A stretch of 55,578 bases of DNA from a virus (lineage: Duplodnaviria; Caudoviricetes), in IMG/VR virus record IMGVR_UViG_3300045120_000280, positions 1 to 55,578 of that record. One strand, given 5' to 3'. Both the position numbers and the translations under genes were made by a program. The notes beneath the pieces are model-generated. The model did no database searches and was not told the origin of the DNA. It saw only the letters and a program-made list of their open reading frames with translations. Positions 1 through 9,374 of this stretch are shown one piece after another (within the stretch, counting starts at the first letter, position 1; every line of letters begins with the position of its first letter).

Positions 1-146
1 TTTTGACTTCAACGATGCCCGCCAGGAACGGCGGCGGGATTGTCCCGTCACCATTGACCCATAACCAGTTCCATTGGTGAACGCCCAGCTTAAGAACGGT
101 GGTCTGCTCCTTGGTGAGACTCATCGTGGTTTCCCCGGGGTGGTTC
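1..146. repeat. Terminal direct repeat (circular-assembly overlap), left copy
   Basis: 21-146 is identical to 55453-55578 (126 bp). 1-20 aligns to 55433-55452 with 4 mismatches. Confidence 0.95.
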
Positions 147-316
147 GTCTGGTCAGGAGTTTTCCTGGCATTCAGGCTGAACTGGGCTGTCGTGGCGACC
201 GGCGTCCAGTCACCAAGAGGGATGGGATGACCATTACGGTCTTTCCATTTGAGAATGACAGCCTCCCAGGTGCATCCGCGCCAGATTGTGGGGAGATCGA
301 CTGGTGCTGGTTTCAT
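1..316 (-). CDS. Virion/tail-associated protein, 5' part; spans the circular junction and ends at 55410
   Basis: ATG at 316 overlaps the upstream stop (ATGA). Reads MKPAPVDLPTIWRGCTWEAVILKWKD...FLAG(I/T)[11 protein letters not shown], and its stop overlaps the ATG of 53701..55413. Missed by the linear ORF track. Confidence 0.8.
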   Translation of the reverse strand, partial: MKPAPVDLPTIWRGCTWEAVILKWKDRNGHPIPLGDWTPVATTAQFSLNARKTPDQTNHPGETTMSLTKEQTTVLKLGVHQWNWLWVNGDGTIPPPFLAGIVEVK

Positions 317-762
317 GCTTTCTTCCAGACTTCGTTGGTTCCACCGACGCCCTGATTGGTAATATCCACCGGGCTTCCATCGGCAATGAGCGACACCTGG
401 AAGTCATTCCCGCGCGCGGCAATCACATAGTAGTAAACGCCAGCCGCCAGCGGAGCGGGCAGCACATTCTCCGGCTCAACGCCAAGGGCGAAACGCACCA
501 TGGTTCCATTCACCATGCCGTGGTTGTTTATGATGATGGTGTTGTTGGACACGCCAACGGTGAACACTCCCACCTTCACATCGGTTGCACTCTGGCCCGC
601 GCTCCTTCCCATGATAAAGGCGGTCTGAACCTGTCCCACCGGGCCTGTGCGGGAATTTGTGTTTACCAGCTCCCAGCCTTCGGCGGCCTTCCTGTTGACT
701 TCTGTCAGGTCAAGCTCTCCCGAGGAGTAGAGCACAATGTATTCTTTGATTGTTACAGCCAT
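313..762 (-). CDS. Hypothetical virion protein (149 aa) with a C-terminal beta-rich module shared with the nozzle protein
   Basis: Directly downstream of the MCP. HGMVNGTMVRF..LPAPL..GVYYYVI..FQVS..GSPVDIT resembles HNLAASDLVSF..LPPNI..GIHYYVL..LYIS..GTPI in 40784..42685. Confidence 0.65.
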   Translation of the reverse strand: MAVTIKEYIVLYSSGELDLTEVNRKAAEGWELVNTNSRTGPVGQVQTAFIMGRSAGQSATDVKVGVFTVGVSNNTIIINNHGMVNGTMVRFALGVEPENVLPAPLAAGVYYYVIAARGNDFQVSLIADGSPVDITNQGVGGTNEVWKKA

Positions 763-822
763 AAGTGATGTGGTTATCGACCAGCACCACGACGGGCGTA
801 ATGCTGGCGCATAACTACACTC

Positions 823-2034
823 TTATGAGTAACAACTCGTCTTGGGCACCCTTAGCGGAGGGCAGTTCAAGTGAGCGATGGCGTAACCCAGGTAGGTTTG
901 ACCGGGCTGAGACGCGCTCGCATAGAGCGCATCGAAGAAGCCCATCTCACCGCGCGGGTTACAAGCCTTGTCCGTAATGACAAGGAACTGGAACTCGCCC
1001 ATATGGGAGGCGTAATCGAACTTGATGCTGCCACCGGGATTGGTGGACGGTCGCTCCATCAGACTGGTGTACACCGTGGGGATGAAGACAAAGCTAATCT
1101 GGTACTTCGCATAGATGTAGCCAGGGTTCACATCGGTCTTGAATCCTACAGTGGTGCTTGTGGGCGGCAGGTATGGGTAAACCCTCAGTCCTGCGTTGTC
1201 GTAACGCGGCGGGAATTTGATCCAGACATGCTTAAAGCCGTTGTAGCTGTAAGGCGTGCCTAGAGCATTGATGAGTTTATCCGGGTCAGCGTAGCGGAAA
1301 TCCATCCGAAGCTCGGGGTCTTGACGAATCAGGTCGCGGGAGGTAACCGCATCGGTAAAGAGGGCAAAGATCGGTTGATCGTTTTGTCCTCTGCCGATTG
1401 CGCCACTTGTGGCGACCGCTCCGTCAAGAACGAGCTGGGTATAGATTTGCTCCAGCGTTCCCTGAACGAGCCGACTGGTGATGGCAGCCGTACTGGGTGC
1501 AATCGTGGCGGGAGTAAACGGTGCGCTTACTCCTACGTCAGCGATTGCGCCTGATCCGCTCTCTGTAATGTGATGCAGAGAATTGACCAGGTACTCGTTC
1601 TGATACCTGTTGCTCCAGACCCATTCTGTGACGTTCTCCAGCTGATCCATGACGTTGCCCAGGGTCTGGGCGATCATGAAGTCGTTCTGGAGATCGTTGA
1701 TACAAAAGTTCTCGGTCTGGATGTTCCTCCGGTACATTGTGAACGGCCTTAGAGTCTGGCCGAACTGCAAGATTTCCGGAGGAGGCAAACAGTTGTTGTT
1801 CGTCCCCGACACGGAAGGTGTCGCAGCCGTCCAACCACTGCCGTTCTCCTTGGTTCCGTCTGTCAACGTGCGCTCCAGCATCATCGAGTTAATGGTGAAG
1901 CCCATACCGGTGGGCCACTCGCCCTTTTCGATATAGCCTACCCACGGATCGTTGAGGCTGATGCGGTTGTAGAGACGGGGAGAAACCTGTCCTGTGAGAG
2001 CGTAGAAAGCGTTTTTGATGTTTTCGCAAGCCAT
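823..2034 (-). CDS. Major capsid protein
   Basis: 403 aa; position after portal and scaffold, with its own promoter and RBS (GAAAGGA). Assigned from synteny, size and composition. Confidence 0.8.
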   Translation of the reverse strand: MACENIKNAFYALTGQVSPRLYNRISLNDPWVGYIEKGEWPTGMGFTINSMMLERTLTDGTKENGSGWTAATPSVSGTNNNCLPPPEILQFGQTLRPFTMYRRNIQTENFCINDLQNDFMIAQTLGNVMDQLENVTEWVWSNRYQNEYLVNSLHHITESGSGAIADVGVSAPFTPATIAPSTAAITSRLVQGTLEQIYTQLVLDGAVATSGAIGRGQNDQPIFALFTDAVTSRDLIRQDPELRMDFRYADPDKLINALGTPYSYNGFKHVWIKFPPRYDNAGLRVYPYLPPTSTTVGFKTDVNPGYIYAKYQISFVFIPTVYTSLMERPSTNPGGSIKFDYASHMGEFQFLVITDKACNPRGEMGFFDALYASASQPGQTYLGYAIAHLNCPPLRVPKTSCYS

Positions 2035-2210
2035 GAAAAAGTCCTTTCTCTCAAACAGTTGGGCTGGATGATGTTCCTACTCCAAAGGAGAAGGCATTCA
2101 GCTTTTTCCGGGTGGCTGGCTTCCGGTATTCAGCCGCTACTGTTTGAGAACGGGACTATTTCTCGACCGCGTTACGCCCTTCGGTGGATGATTCCGCTTA
2201 ACATCCAAGA
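2035..2210 (-). ncRNA. Structured 5' leader of the MCP mRNA (candidate cis-regulatory RNA)
   Basis: Long-range stem TCTCAAACAGT/ACTGTTTGAGA (about 2049-2059 and 2139-2149), extended by GTCC/GGAC, encloses two further stems and covers the RBS. Confidence 0.5.
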
Positions 2211-2213
2211 AAG

Positions 2214-2242
2214 ATTTGTAGTTTCCCCGGGGTAAGTGTCAA
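2214..2242 (-). promoter_or_regulatory. Sigma70-like promoter for the MCP
   Basis: TTGACA-16 bp-TACAAA(T); the spacer contains CCCCGGGG. Confidence 0.55.
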
Positions 2243-2295
2243 GCGACATTTTTGGTTGTTGCAACCAAAGAACTTATGTGTTTCGATTGCAGGTC

Positions 2296-2475
2296 ATGGA
2301 CAAAAATCACAAGTCAGACCACAAACACGGTGAACCGGAGATCGAGCGCGATCATCTGGGCCAGGGGGTGAACCCGGCCATCGAGCTGGAGAAGAAAAAC
2401 ATGGCTGAAGCAGCCGAGAGGAACGAAAAAGCGGCCAAAGATGCCGAAAAAGCAGAGAAATCCAAAGCAGCTTAA
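2296..2475 (+). CDS. Small charged hypothetical protein (59 aa), opposite strand to its neighbours
   Basis: ATG 2296; Lys/Glu/Ala-rich helical sequence filling an intergenic gap; TTGCAA-17-TTCGAT upstream. Confidence 0.6.
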   Translation: MDKNHKSDHKHGEPEIERDHLGQGVNPAIELEKKNMAEAAERNEKAAKDAEKAEKSKAA

Positions 2476-2690
2476 GCTACTTCGTCGCCATCCGAAGCGG
2501 AAACCGGTGCGTAGGGCCGTGGCGGCGGTATAGAGGTGTCCGTGGGGACGTATTGAGCGATCCCCATGTAATAACCGATCTTTTTGCGTAAAATCGGGGC
2601 GCACACCGTCACTTCACCCTTCCTGACCACAAAAGCAGCGCAAATGTGGTTGGTTGTCACTACATAAAGGCCGTCTTTTAGCTGGATCAT
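2472..2690 (-). CDS. Hypothetical protein (72 aa)
   Basis: ATGA-coupled to the scaffold gene. Confidence 0.65.
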   Translation of the reverse strand: MIQLKDGLYVVTTNHICAAFVVRKGEVTVCAPILRKKIGYYMGIAQYVPTDTSIPPPRPYAPVSASDGDEVA

Positions 2691-3949
2691 CGGTTTCTGG
2701 CCTGCGACTTGTGGTATTCCCGTAGAAACACCTGCGCGAACGGCTGTTTCAGGTCTTCCTTCATCTGTCCTTCGGGCATCAGGTTGCCCGCATTCCCGCC
2801 GGACTCGCTTAATGTAGGCTCATTCCCCAGTCTTTCACGGATAATCTTGTTCAGCTCGCTAACTTTCTGCTGGGATTTGATGAACAGCTTCCGGTAGGCG
2901 TCTGCGGTCGGGGCCAGCAGGCAGGCGAGTGCAACTTTGTCCATGTCGGTGTTTTCAAGGAACAGCTGGCGTCCCTGTTCAATCAGCTGGTCACCCTGAT
3001 CGTTCCACCATTTGGTTTGGGGATCATCGGTTTTCATGAACACTTCCACCTTGGCCTCGTCCCGCAGCCTTGCGAGCGCGCGGTCAAACATCTGCGCCAT
3101 TCCGGTGCGCTGCTGCTGAAGTTCCTGGTATTGGCGCGCTGATTCGCGCTCCCGGATCGTTTCCAGAGTCTTGGGCGCGTTAGCCACGGCGCGCTGCCGC
3201 GCATCCTCGTAACGGCGATAAGTCCGGAGTGCGTCATTGGCCTCTGTCTTGGCACTCTCCGGCATCTCCGCGAAAAGCTGGTCAAGGGCTTCAAACTGCT
3301 GTCGGCCCGATAGCGACATTGCGGCGGCCAGCTGGTTGGGGTCAGCACCGGCCTCGGCCACGATCCTCACCGCTTCGTTCCATGAACCGGTGAGAGGCGC
3401 AATGATCTTCTGCTGGAACTCCTGCGAATGCTCGACACCCACGCGGGACAGCATTTCGCTCATCTGCTTGTTCTGGTTTTCCAGGAACAGGAGACGCCTT
3501 TGCTCAATGGGGTCGCGGCTGGGCTGGTTACGTAGCTCGCTGACTTCGGTTTTGAGTTTCTTGTATGCCTCACGCAAACCTTTGATGCGACTCTGCTTCT
3601 GCTCCGGTGGAAGATCGTCCGGGAATTCCTCGTCCGGATCGGGCTGCGGCGTAGGAGGAGTTGACGGAGCATCCGCCTTTAGTGCATCCTCAAGGAATGA
3701 AGGCAGCTTATGTTCTTCTGCTGGTGCTGGTGGCGTTGGTGACTCTGGGGTCGGTGGCGTGGCTGGTGTGGGTGTGCTCGCAGGAGCCGGAGGACTTTCT
3801 GTAGGAGGTTTCGACGGCTTAACATCGGGATAAGCGGTATCGAAGGCGCGCTGCACGGCGTCCATCCCCGGGGAGGTGTCGATTGGAGCCGGAGGCGCGT
3901 TGGATGGCTGGTAGACTGTTGGCGTTGGCGGTACGATTTGGTCAGGCAT
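2687..3949 (-). CDS. Capsid scaffolding protein (putative)
   Basis: Pro-rich disordered N-terminus followed by long coiled coils; lies between portal and MCP. Confidence 0.7.
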   Translation of the reverse strand: MPDQIVPPTPTVYQPSNAPPAPIDTSPGMDAVQRAFDTAYPDVKPSKPPTESPPAPASTPTPATPPTPESPTPPAPAEEHKLPSFLEDALKADAPSTPPTPQPDPDEEFPDDLPPEQKQSRIKGLREAYKKLKTEVSELRNQPSRDPIEQRRLLFLENQNKQMSEMLSRVGVEHSQEFQQKIIAPLTGSWNEAVRIVAEAGADPNQLAAAMSLSGRQQFEALDQLFAEMPESAKTEANDALRTYRRYEDARQRAVANAPKTLETIRERESARQYQELQQQRTGMAQMFDRALARLRDEAKVEVFMKTDDPQTKWWNDQGDQLIEQGRQLFLENTDMDKVALACLLAPTADAYRKLFIKSQQKVSELNKIIRERLGNEPTLSESGGNAGNLMPEGQMKEDLKQPFAQVFLREYHKSQARNR

Positions 3950-4250
3950 TGGGTTTTAACTCTGGTTCTTCTGATTGATAGGTTGGCAGTCCGATGTTTT
4001 CCGCCGGACGCAGGGGCATCGCAAGAATCCGAAGGGTGTCGCCGTACTTGGAGTATCCCCGGGTGAGGCCGAGTTCGATGGCTGCTCTGGTAGGTGAAAC
4101 GTCCTCGTCCTTGTCCCCCCGGATCGCGTATCGCGCCGGATGATTGTCTTCCATGAGGCCGAGGACTGTTCGCAGGATTCCATTGGTTTCGAGTTCCTTG
4201 GCCCACTGGCCTGCGAGAAATTTATGTCTCCGGAATTCTTCAATGGTCAT
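3942..4250 (-). CDS. Hypothetical head-assembly region protein (102 aa)
   Basis: Overlaps both the portal and scaffold genes. Confidence 0.7.
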   Translation of the reverse strand: MTIEEFRRHKFLAGQWAKELETNGILRTVLGLMEDNHPARYAIRGDKDEDVSPTRAAIELGLTRGYSKYGDTLRILAMPLRPAENIGLPTYQSEEPELKPNA

Positions 4251-6868
4251 TCACTTTTCGGCTTCTGGTTTTCCGCTTTTCTGGCCGCCCTCTCCTTCAG
4301 TGAAGCGTCATGGCGTGCCTTGCGCTCGGCAATCGACATGGCGTGCTTGGTTTTGGTTGCTTCCACTCCCATGCTCTGTCCTGTGCGCGCGGCCTCGATG
4401 TCCATGCCCTGCCGTGTCCTGGCCTGCTCCAGCTTCATGCCGGTCGCGGTTCGCTGTACATCCGCCCCGGTTCTCACCGTGTCGCGTTGGATTCCGGCGG
4501 CGGTTTTCTTGTCGGCCAGCGTCTCGTTGAAGGTCTGCTTACGGACTTTCAGCTCATGATCGGCCTGCATCTTCTGTTCCTTGATGGCGAGATCGCCTTT
4601 GACCTTGGTCATCTTGGCCACCATGTCCGGGTCGGGCTGTTCCTGCGGCTGCGGTGCGTTGGCGGCCTGTGCTTTCATCTGCTCGGTGACCTGTTGATGG
4701 AGCTGATCGGAAATCTTGCCCAGCTGTGAAAGCTGCTGCTGGAAAGCCGTGACCTGATCCTTTCGGGTGGGATCGCCGGACAACGCCTGAAGATGCTGGG
4801 TCATGTGCGGCCCCGCGTTTTCAAGATGCACCAGAACTTCCCCCGGGCTGGCCGCAGGCGCGGGCGGCTGCTGCTGGCCGTTCCCGTTTTGCTGCTGCGG
4901 CGGCATCATGCCGTTCCCGTTTCCGTTCATTCCGGGCTGTGGAACATTCTGCTGGCCCATCGCTCCGCCCACGGCACCCTGCGCGTGTTGCATCGCGTCC
5001 TGCATGTGGACACCAAAATGGATGGCGTGATTCTGCATCGGCTCGACCAGTGCCTTGCCGCCCTGCTGCCTTAGCGCATTGTTTTCAAGGACAGCCAGGG
5101 CGGCGTGCGCGTTGGGGACGCCGCTTTTCTCGATAGGCGGAAAGAAGGAATCAACCGAGTGCATGCCTATCCCGGGAAGGGCGCATGCCCGGGCGCGCAG
5201 CGCGTGGTTCCTCGAAATCTCGTCCATGTAAGGGATCATCGACATCAGCTGCGTCGTGGCGATGTCGCGGAGCTGCGGAGAGCCGTAACCGATACTGCGG
5301 GTGGAAATGACCCGCTGGATCAATTTGAAATCCATGGCCTGCTGCGGGATGCCGCGCGCGATGCAGCGTTGGACAAAGTGCATGGCGTCCTCGCCGCCGG
5401 GGACGGACTTGCTCTGGGCCGGGTCAAGGAGTCGGCGGAGCGTTTCACGGTGGAACTTGTCGAGGTTATTGTAGTAACGGTTGGTGCTGCCCTTGGTCAG
5501 CATGCCCTGTTGCTGCTGAACCAGCTCGGCCTGCCCCAAGGTCGGCTCGGCCTTGTTACCGCCTTCATCCGTCCTTTGCCGGTAGGAACCGGTGTTGGCT
5601 TGCAGGGTGCCGTGCAGCTCCCGGCGCATGGCCATCGCGCCTTCCAGGCTTTCCGCTATCCGCGTCTGGACAACTTTGTATCCCGGTGAAACTACAGCGG
5701 CACCTCCTACAAGAGCTATCTGCGTTTCCTCGATGGCGTTGGCATCCTGGCTTTCCAGCGTGATGCCGCTTCCTATGACGCTGCCATCGAGCATCTGGCA
5801 GAATGTTCTGTTACTAACGTCGCAGAAGTCGTAAATCTTCGGCCCCAGTCCCTTGATGGCGTGCCATGTGCCATCCGGGCCGGAGTCGTAGAAGAACGGG
5901 CAAAGAACCTGCGCGAAGGAGTCGAACTTGTTACGCCGCTTGAAAATATAACCGGTTTCCTCATCGGTTTCGCCACTGACCTCACTGGTGTGACCCAGGT
6001 TCTGGTCGGTCACCATGTAGTGTGAAACTTTGCCGCCGAACTCCTTGACGAACAGCGAAGCAACAAAAACTCGGTTAGAACGATGAATACCATAAAAGAG
6101 ATCACCAGTGCGAATAGCCCTTTGGTAGAGATCATAGTTTTCGGTTCCAAAGGTTTGGCGCATCTCGCGCATGGCGCAATCAACGATGGCCTGTTTGCAC
6201 AGGGGCGCGTTCCAACCGTCGCCGGTTGGATCATCTGTTGCGCCTTTTTTGATGAAAGCCTCCAGCTCATCGGCCCGGTAGGAATGCAGGACGACGCACA
6301 GCTCCAGGTCGCCCACGTTGGCGCGCGTCTCCTGCGGGACTAAGACCTTGCGGCTTTTGACGGCTTCACTCTGCCATCCGATGTAATGCGGCCAGAACAA
6401 GGGGCCGACACCGTTTACCACCATCTGCCACTGGTGCAGCTGCATCTGGTGATCGAACCCGTCCCACAGGTTCAGCACATCGGAGTATTCCTCGGAAATG
6501 ATGTCGTTCCACTGGTCGAGGAGGTATTGCTCCACTCCTTCGATCCCGTACTCGATCCGGGCAAAGGAAGGGACTTCAAAGACCAGGTCGTAGTAGGGCG
6601 TTTTGGCGGCTTCAACAATGCCTTCGCTTTCCCTGAGGTTGAAGTTGGCCCGGTGTCCCTGACCCAGATCATTGAGCTTCTGGGAACTCCATGGAGGATT
6701 GCCATCCATGAGTCCCTGGAACTTGGTGTAGCGAAACATCCGCGTCTCGTCCTCGTATTTGAGGCGGCTGACCAGTGAGCGCGCGTTACCGGCGTTGCCC
6801 AGTCGGCTGGCTGGCCGCTCGAAAGTTTCCGGATCGAGTGTCGCCAGTCCTGGGTTCGCGTCTAACAT
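4247..6868 (-). CDS. Portal protein
   Basis: 873 aa, downstream of the terminase. Q-rich/coiled-coil C-terminal extension like P22-type podovirus portals. Confidence 0.8.
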   Translation of the reverse strand: MLDANPGLATLDPETFERPASRLGNAGNARSLVSRLKYEDETRMFRYTKFQGLMDGNPPWSSQKLNDLGQGHRANFNLRESEGIVEAAKTPYYDLVFEVPSFARIEYGIEGVEQYLLDQWNDIISEEYSDVLNLWDGFDHQMQLHQWQMVVNGVGPLFWPHYIGWQSEAVKSRKVLVPQETRANVGDLELCVVLHSYRADELEAFIKKGATDDPTGDGWNAPLCKQAIVDCAMREMRQTFGTENYDLYQRAIRTGDLFYGIHRSNRVFVASLFVKEFGGKVSHYMVTDQNLGHTSEVSGETDEETGYIFKRRNKFDSFAQVLCPFFYDSGPDGTWHAIKGLGPKIYDFCDVSNRTFCQMLDGSVIGSGITLESQDANAIEETQIALVGGAAVVSPGYKVVQTRIAESLEGAMAMRRELHGTLQANTGSYRQRTDEGGNKAEPTLGQAELVQQQQGMLTKGSTNRYYNNLDKFHRETLRRLLDPAQSKSVPGGEDAMHFVQRCIARGIPQQAMDFKLIQRVISTRSIGYGSPQLRDIATTQLMSMIPYMDEISRNHALRARACALPGIGMHSVDSFFPPIEKSGVPNAHAALAVLENNALRQQGGKALVEPMQNHAIHFGVHMQDAMQHAQGAVGGAMGQQNVPQPGMNGNGNGMMPPQQQNGNGQQQPPAPAASPGEVLVHLENAGPHMTQHLQALSGDPTRKDQVTAFQQQLSQLGKISDQLHQQVTEQMKAQAANAPQPQEQPDPDMVAKMTKVKGDLAIKEQKMQADHELKVRKQTFNETLADKKTAAGIQRDTVRTGADVQRTATGMKLEQARTRQGMDIEAARTGQSMGVEATKTKHAMSIAERKARHDASLKERAARKAENQKPKSE

Positions 6869-7098
6869 TATAATCCGTTTCCGGGTATGATGATCCTGCT
6901 TGGTTCGTCCGGAGTCTTCTCATGCTCCATGGGAAAGCGTCTTTGCTTCTCCGCCTCCTCGTTAAGCACGTTGCGGAGGCGGCTGGTCAGCTGCTGCATG
7001 GAGGAAGCCTTGATTCCCTTCTGCCGCTCGTTTACGACGTCAAAGAGTGCCGCGCCGTAGCCGCGCTCGGGATCAAACCCGATGTCGATGCGGTACAT
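6868..7098 (-). CDS. Hypothetical protein (76 aa, MYRIDIGFD...)
   Basis: ATG 7098; TAATG-coupled to the portal gene. Confidence 0.65.
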   Translation of the reverse strand: MYRIDIGFDPERGYGAALFDVVNERQKGIKASSMQQLTSRLRNVLNEEAEKQRRFPMEHEKTPDEPSRIIIPGNGL

Positions 7099-7108
7099 GA
7101 GGATCGGG

Positions 7109-7732
7109 TTAGCCACGGTAATTCTCGCTTTCCTTGTTGAGCCAGCAGAAGCCCGGGTACATCTCTTGCATCTTTTCGTTGTCCGTGTCAAGAGTCTCTA
7201 TCGGGAAATGCACTTTCGCCTGAAGGAAACATTTACAAACGGCGCAGGACTTGAGAACGGCGTCGTATTTACTTTTTTTGTCAGCGATGACCTCCTTGAC
7301 GGCCTGGCCGCAGCCGGAGCAGCCCGAAACGCCGACATTCAGGTAACAACGGGAGCATATCTCTGCGCGACGGTCTGCTTCAGCCTGGGAGACGTACTTG
7401 CATCCTTTGGCTATCCATCTTGCGAAAGTTTTGAGGCCGCTACTGACATCGTTCCATGACAGGCCCACCGAAGGACGGGGACGATTGGGGTCGTCATAGA
7501 GACAGAACCCCGGCCTCAGGGTCAGGCAGAGTTGATGCTGCATATCTGCTTCAAGCGTGGCGGGAATTTCTCGATTATTTGCGCGCAGATGAGCTTTCTC
7601 CTCGTTTATCCAGTCGGCATAACTCCAGGCGTGTGCTACAAATCCGGATACGGGATCGACGTACCGGTAGCCATCCGGAGGGCAATCTCCCCGAAGCGGG
7701 TTAATAAGCTGGAGCTGCATAGGAGCTTTCAA
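7109..7732 (-). CDS. Cys-rich putative Zn-binding protein
   Basis: CSRC, CSGC and CAVCKC motifs; lies between terminase and portal. Confidence 0.7.
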   Translation of the reverse strand: MKAPMQLQLINPLRGDCPPDGYRYVDPVSGFVAHAWSYADWINEEKAHLRANNREIPATLEADMQHQLCLTLRPGFCLYDDPNRPRPSVGLSWNDVSSGLKTFARWIAKGCKYVSQAEADRRAEICSRCYLNVGVSGCSGCGQAVKEVIADKKSKYDAVLKSCAVCKCFLQAKVHFPIETLDTDNEKMQEMYPGFCWLNKESENYRG

Positions 7733-9374
7733 GGGCGCGTTTTTTCAGGAATCGTTTCCACGGCGAATCGGGCCTGTCCTCCGAAGTGGAAATCTCGTTA
7801 GGCGAAAGGCGGCAGCGCGCGGCGGCCACCTGCGCCGTCACGACGTCTGCATCGGCCAAGTCCGGGCTTCTGCGGGTGCGATCCTTCATCTTGGCCTTGG
7901 TTTCAAGGACGATGTAAGGCCCGCGCAATTCCCACCATCTCCGGCAGAATTCCATGGCCGATTCGGGGTCTAGTCCTCTAATTTGTCCGTTGAGCAGAAG
8001 GAGCCGGAAGAAGAACCAGAGTTCAGTAACTTTTCGGTCATATTCTTCGTCGCATCGTTTCGGGTTCGTACCAGAGACAGGATGGCGGGATGGTCTTCCT
8101 CCAAATTCCACACATAGGATTTCCCGGCTCCATTCCCTTTGGAATATCGAAGCCAGACCGCCACCTTCCCCGGTACTGTCGAGGCCGAAATAGTAAGGTG
8201 TAACTCCTTCATTCTTGCATAGCTCCTTTGTTTGCCGCACGATCTGGTAATGCGTTGGATCGTCAGCTTTGACCTTGGTTTTGATGAAGACCTTGCGCTC
8301 CAGGCGCAGAGTCATTTTACCATTCACCTTTCCGCACTTAGCAAACCGAAGGACACAACGGTCATCCCCTTCAAAGGCCGGATCGAGTCCGGCGACGGGA
8401 TTGACCTCCTGGTCGAAGGAACAGTCCTCAAAGGAGTTTGATCGCATAATCATCGGCATGGAGAGCACAGTCTTGGTAATTCCCTCCGGTGCCCAGTATC
8501 CGCGCCTCATCTGCCAGAATTGCGGCGAATCGACGCCGTAAACGTCCGTTGTCGTCTTAATGTCGGCCTGGGTCAGCAATCCGGGATAATTCTTGGTTTT
8601 ATCAACGATATTCGGGCTTTTGAGGCCATCGAGGTGGATACAGACGCCCCGGCGCGTCTTCCAGCTCTCAGACTCGACATCCACGCTGTCCCAGCCCATT
8701 TCCGGCTCGCTCATGCGCCCGTGCGGGTCAAGCATGTCATCCGCGTTGCCTAATCCGATGAACTGGAAGGATTTTGCCCCTGTTTCGAGGTTGACGCAGC
8801 TCTCCACGATGGCTTCGGGCGTATACGGCATCTCATCCACCACCACGACCATGTTTGGCGCATGGAACCCGATGATTTTCCCTATTGCCTTGTCTATTTC
8901 ACCCTTGTCAGTGGCAAGTCCAAAAATTCCCGCATCATCGTGGCCTTTTCGGTATTGGATGCAGTTTCTGGACTGAACCATGTGGCCGAAAAGGGGACGG
9001 AGCCTGTGGAAGTGGGATATTTCCTTCCATACTCGACGGCGTAATCCATCCAGAGTGGTTGAAGTGACGATAACAACGGTGTCCTTGGGGCTTGCATAGT
9101 ATTTGGTCAGGGCAAAGATGCCCGCCGAGGTGGTTTTCCAGCTCGCGGCGGGGCCAGTGACGGTACACCACGGATTTTCAGCAAACGTGCGCTGCATCCA
9201 CTCGCTCCAGTCGTTCCAGATGTAGGTATTGGGAACGTGCTTGTTCCAGATCAGGTCAATGGCGTTCCTGAGATGCTGGTAACGCCCCAGACCGGTGCGG
9301 GGATCGTTGGCAAAACACCAAAGCTCAATCGCCCTCTGGTCTTGCGTCGGGAAGTTCAGTCCGTACATCGTCAA
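7701..9374 (-). CDS. terL: Terminase large subunit
   Basis: Walker A GPAASWKT, Walker B VVVVDE, motif III GLGNA, RNaseH-like nuclease GLDPAFEGDD, C-terminal SPDLADA. Confidence 0.92.
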   Translation of the reverse strand: MTMYGLNFPTQDQRAIELWCFANDPRTGLGRYQHLRNAIDLIWNKHVPNTYIWNDWSEWMQRTFAENPWCTVTGPAASWKTTSAGIFALTKYYASPKDTVVIVTSTTLDGLRRRVWKEISHFHRLRPLFGHMVQSRNCIQYRKGHDDAGIFGLATDKGEIDKAIGKIIGFHAPNMVVVVDEMPYTPEAIVESCVNLETGAKSFQFIGLGNADDMLDPHGRMSEPEMGWDSVDVESESWKTRRGVCIHLDGLKSPNIVDKTKNYPGLLTQADIKTTTDVYGVDSPQFWQMRRGYWAPEGITKTVLSMPMIMRSNSFEDCSFDQEVNPVAGLDPAFEGDDRCVLRFAKCGKVNGKMTLRLERKVFIKTKVKADDPTHYQIVRQTKELCKNEGVTPYYFGLDSTGEGGGLASIFQREWSREILCVEFGGRPSRHPVSGTNPKRCDEEYDRKVTELWFFFRLLLLNGQIRGLDPESAMEFCRRWWELRGPYIVLETKAKMKDRTRRSPDLADADVVTAQVAAARCRLSPNEISTSEDRPDSPWKRFLKKRALESSYAAPAY

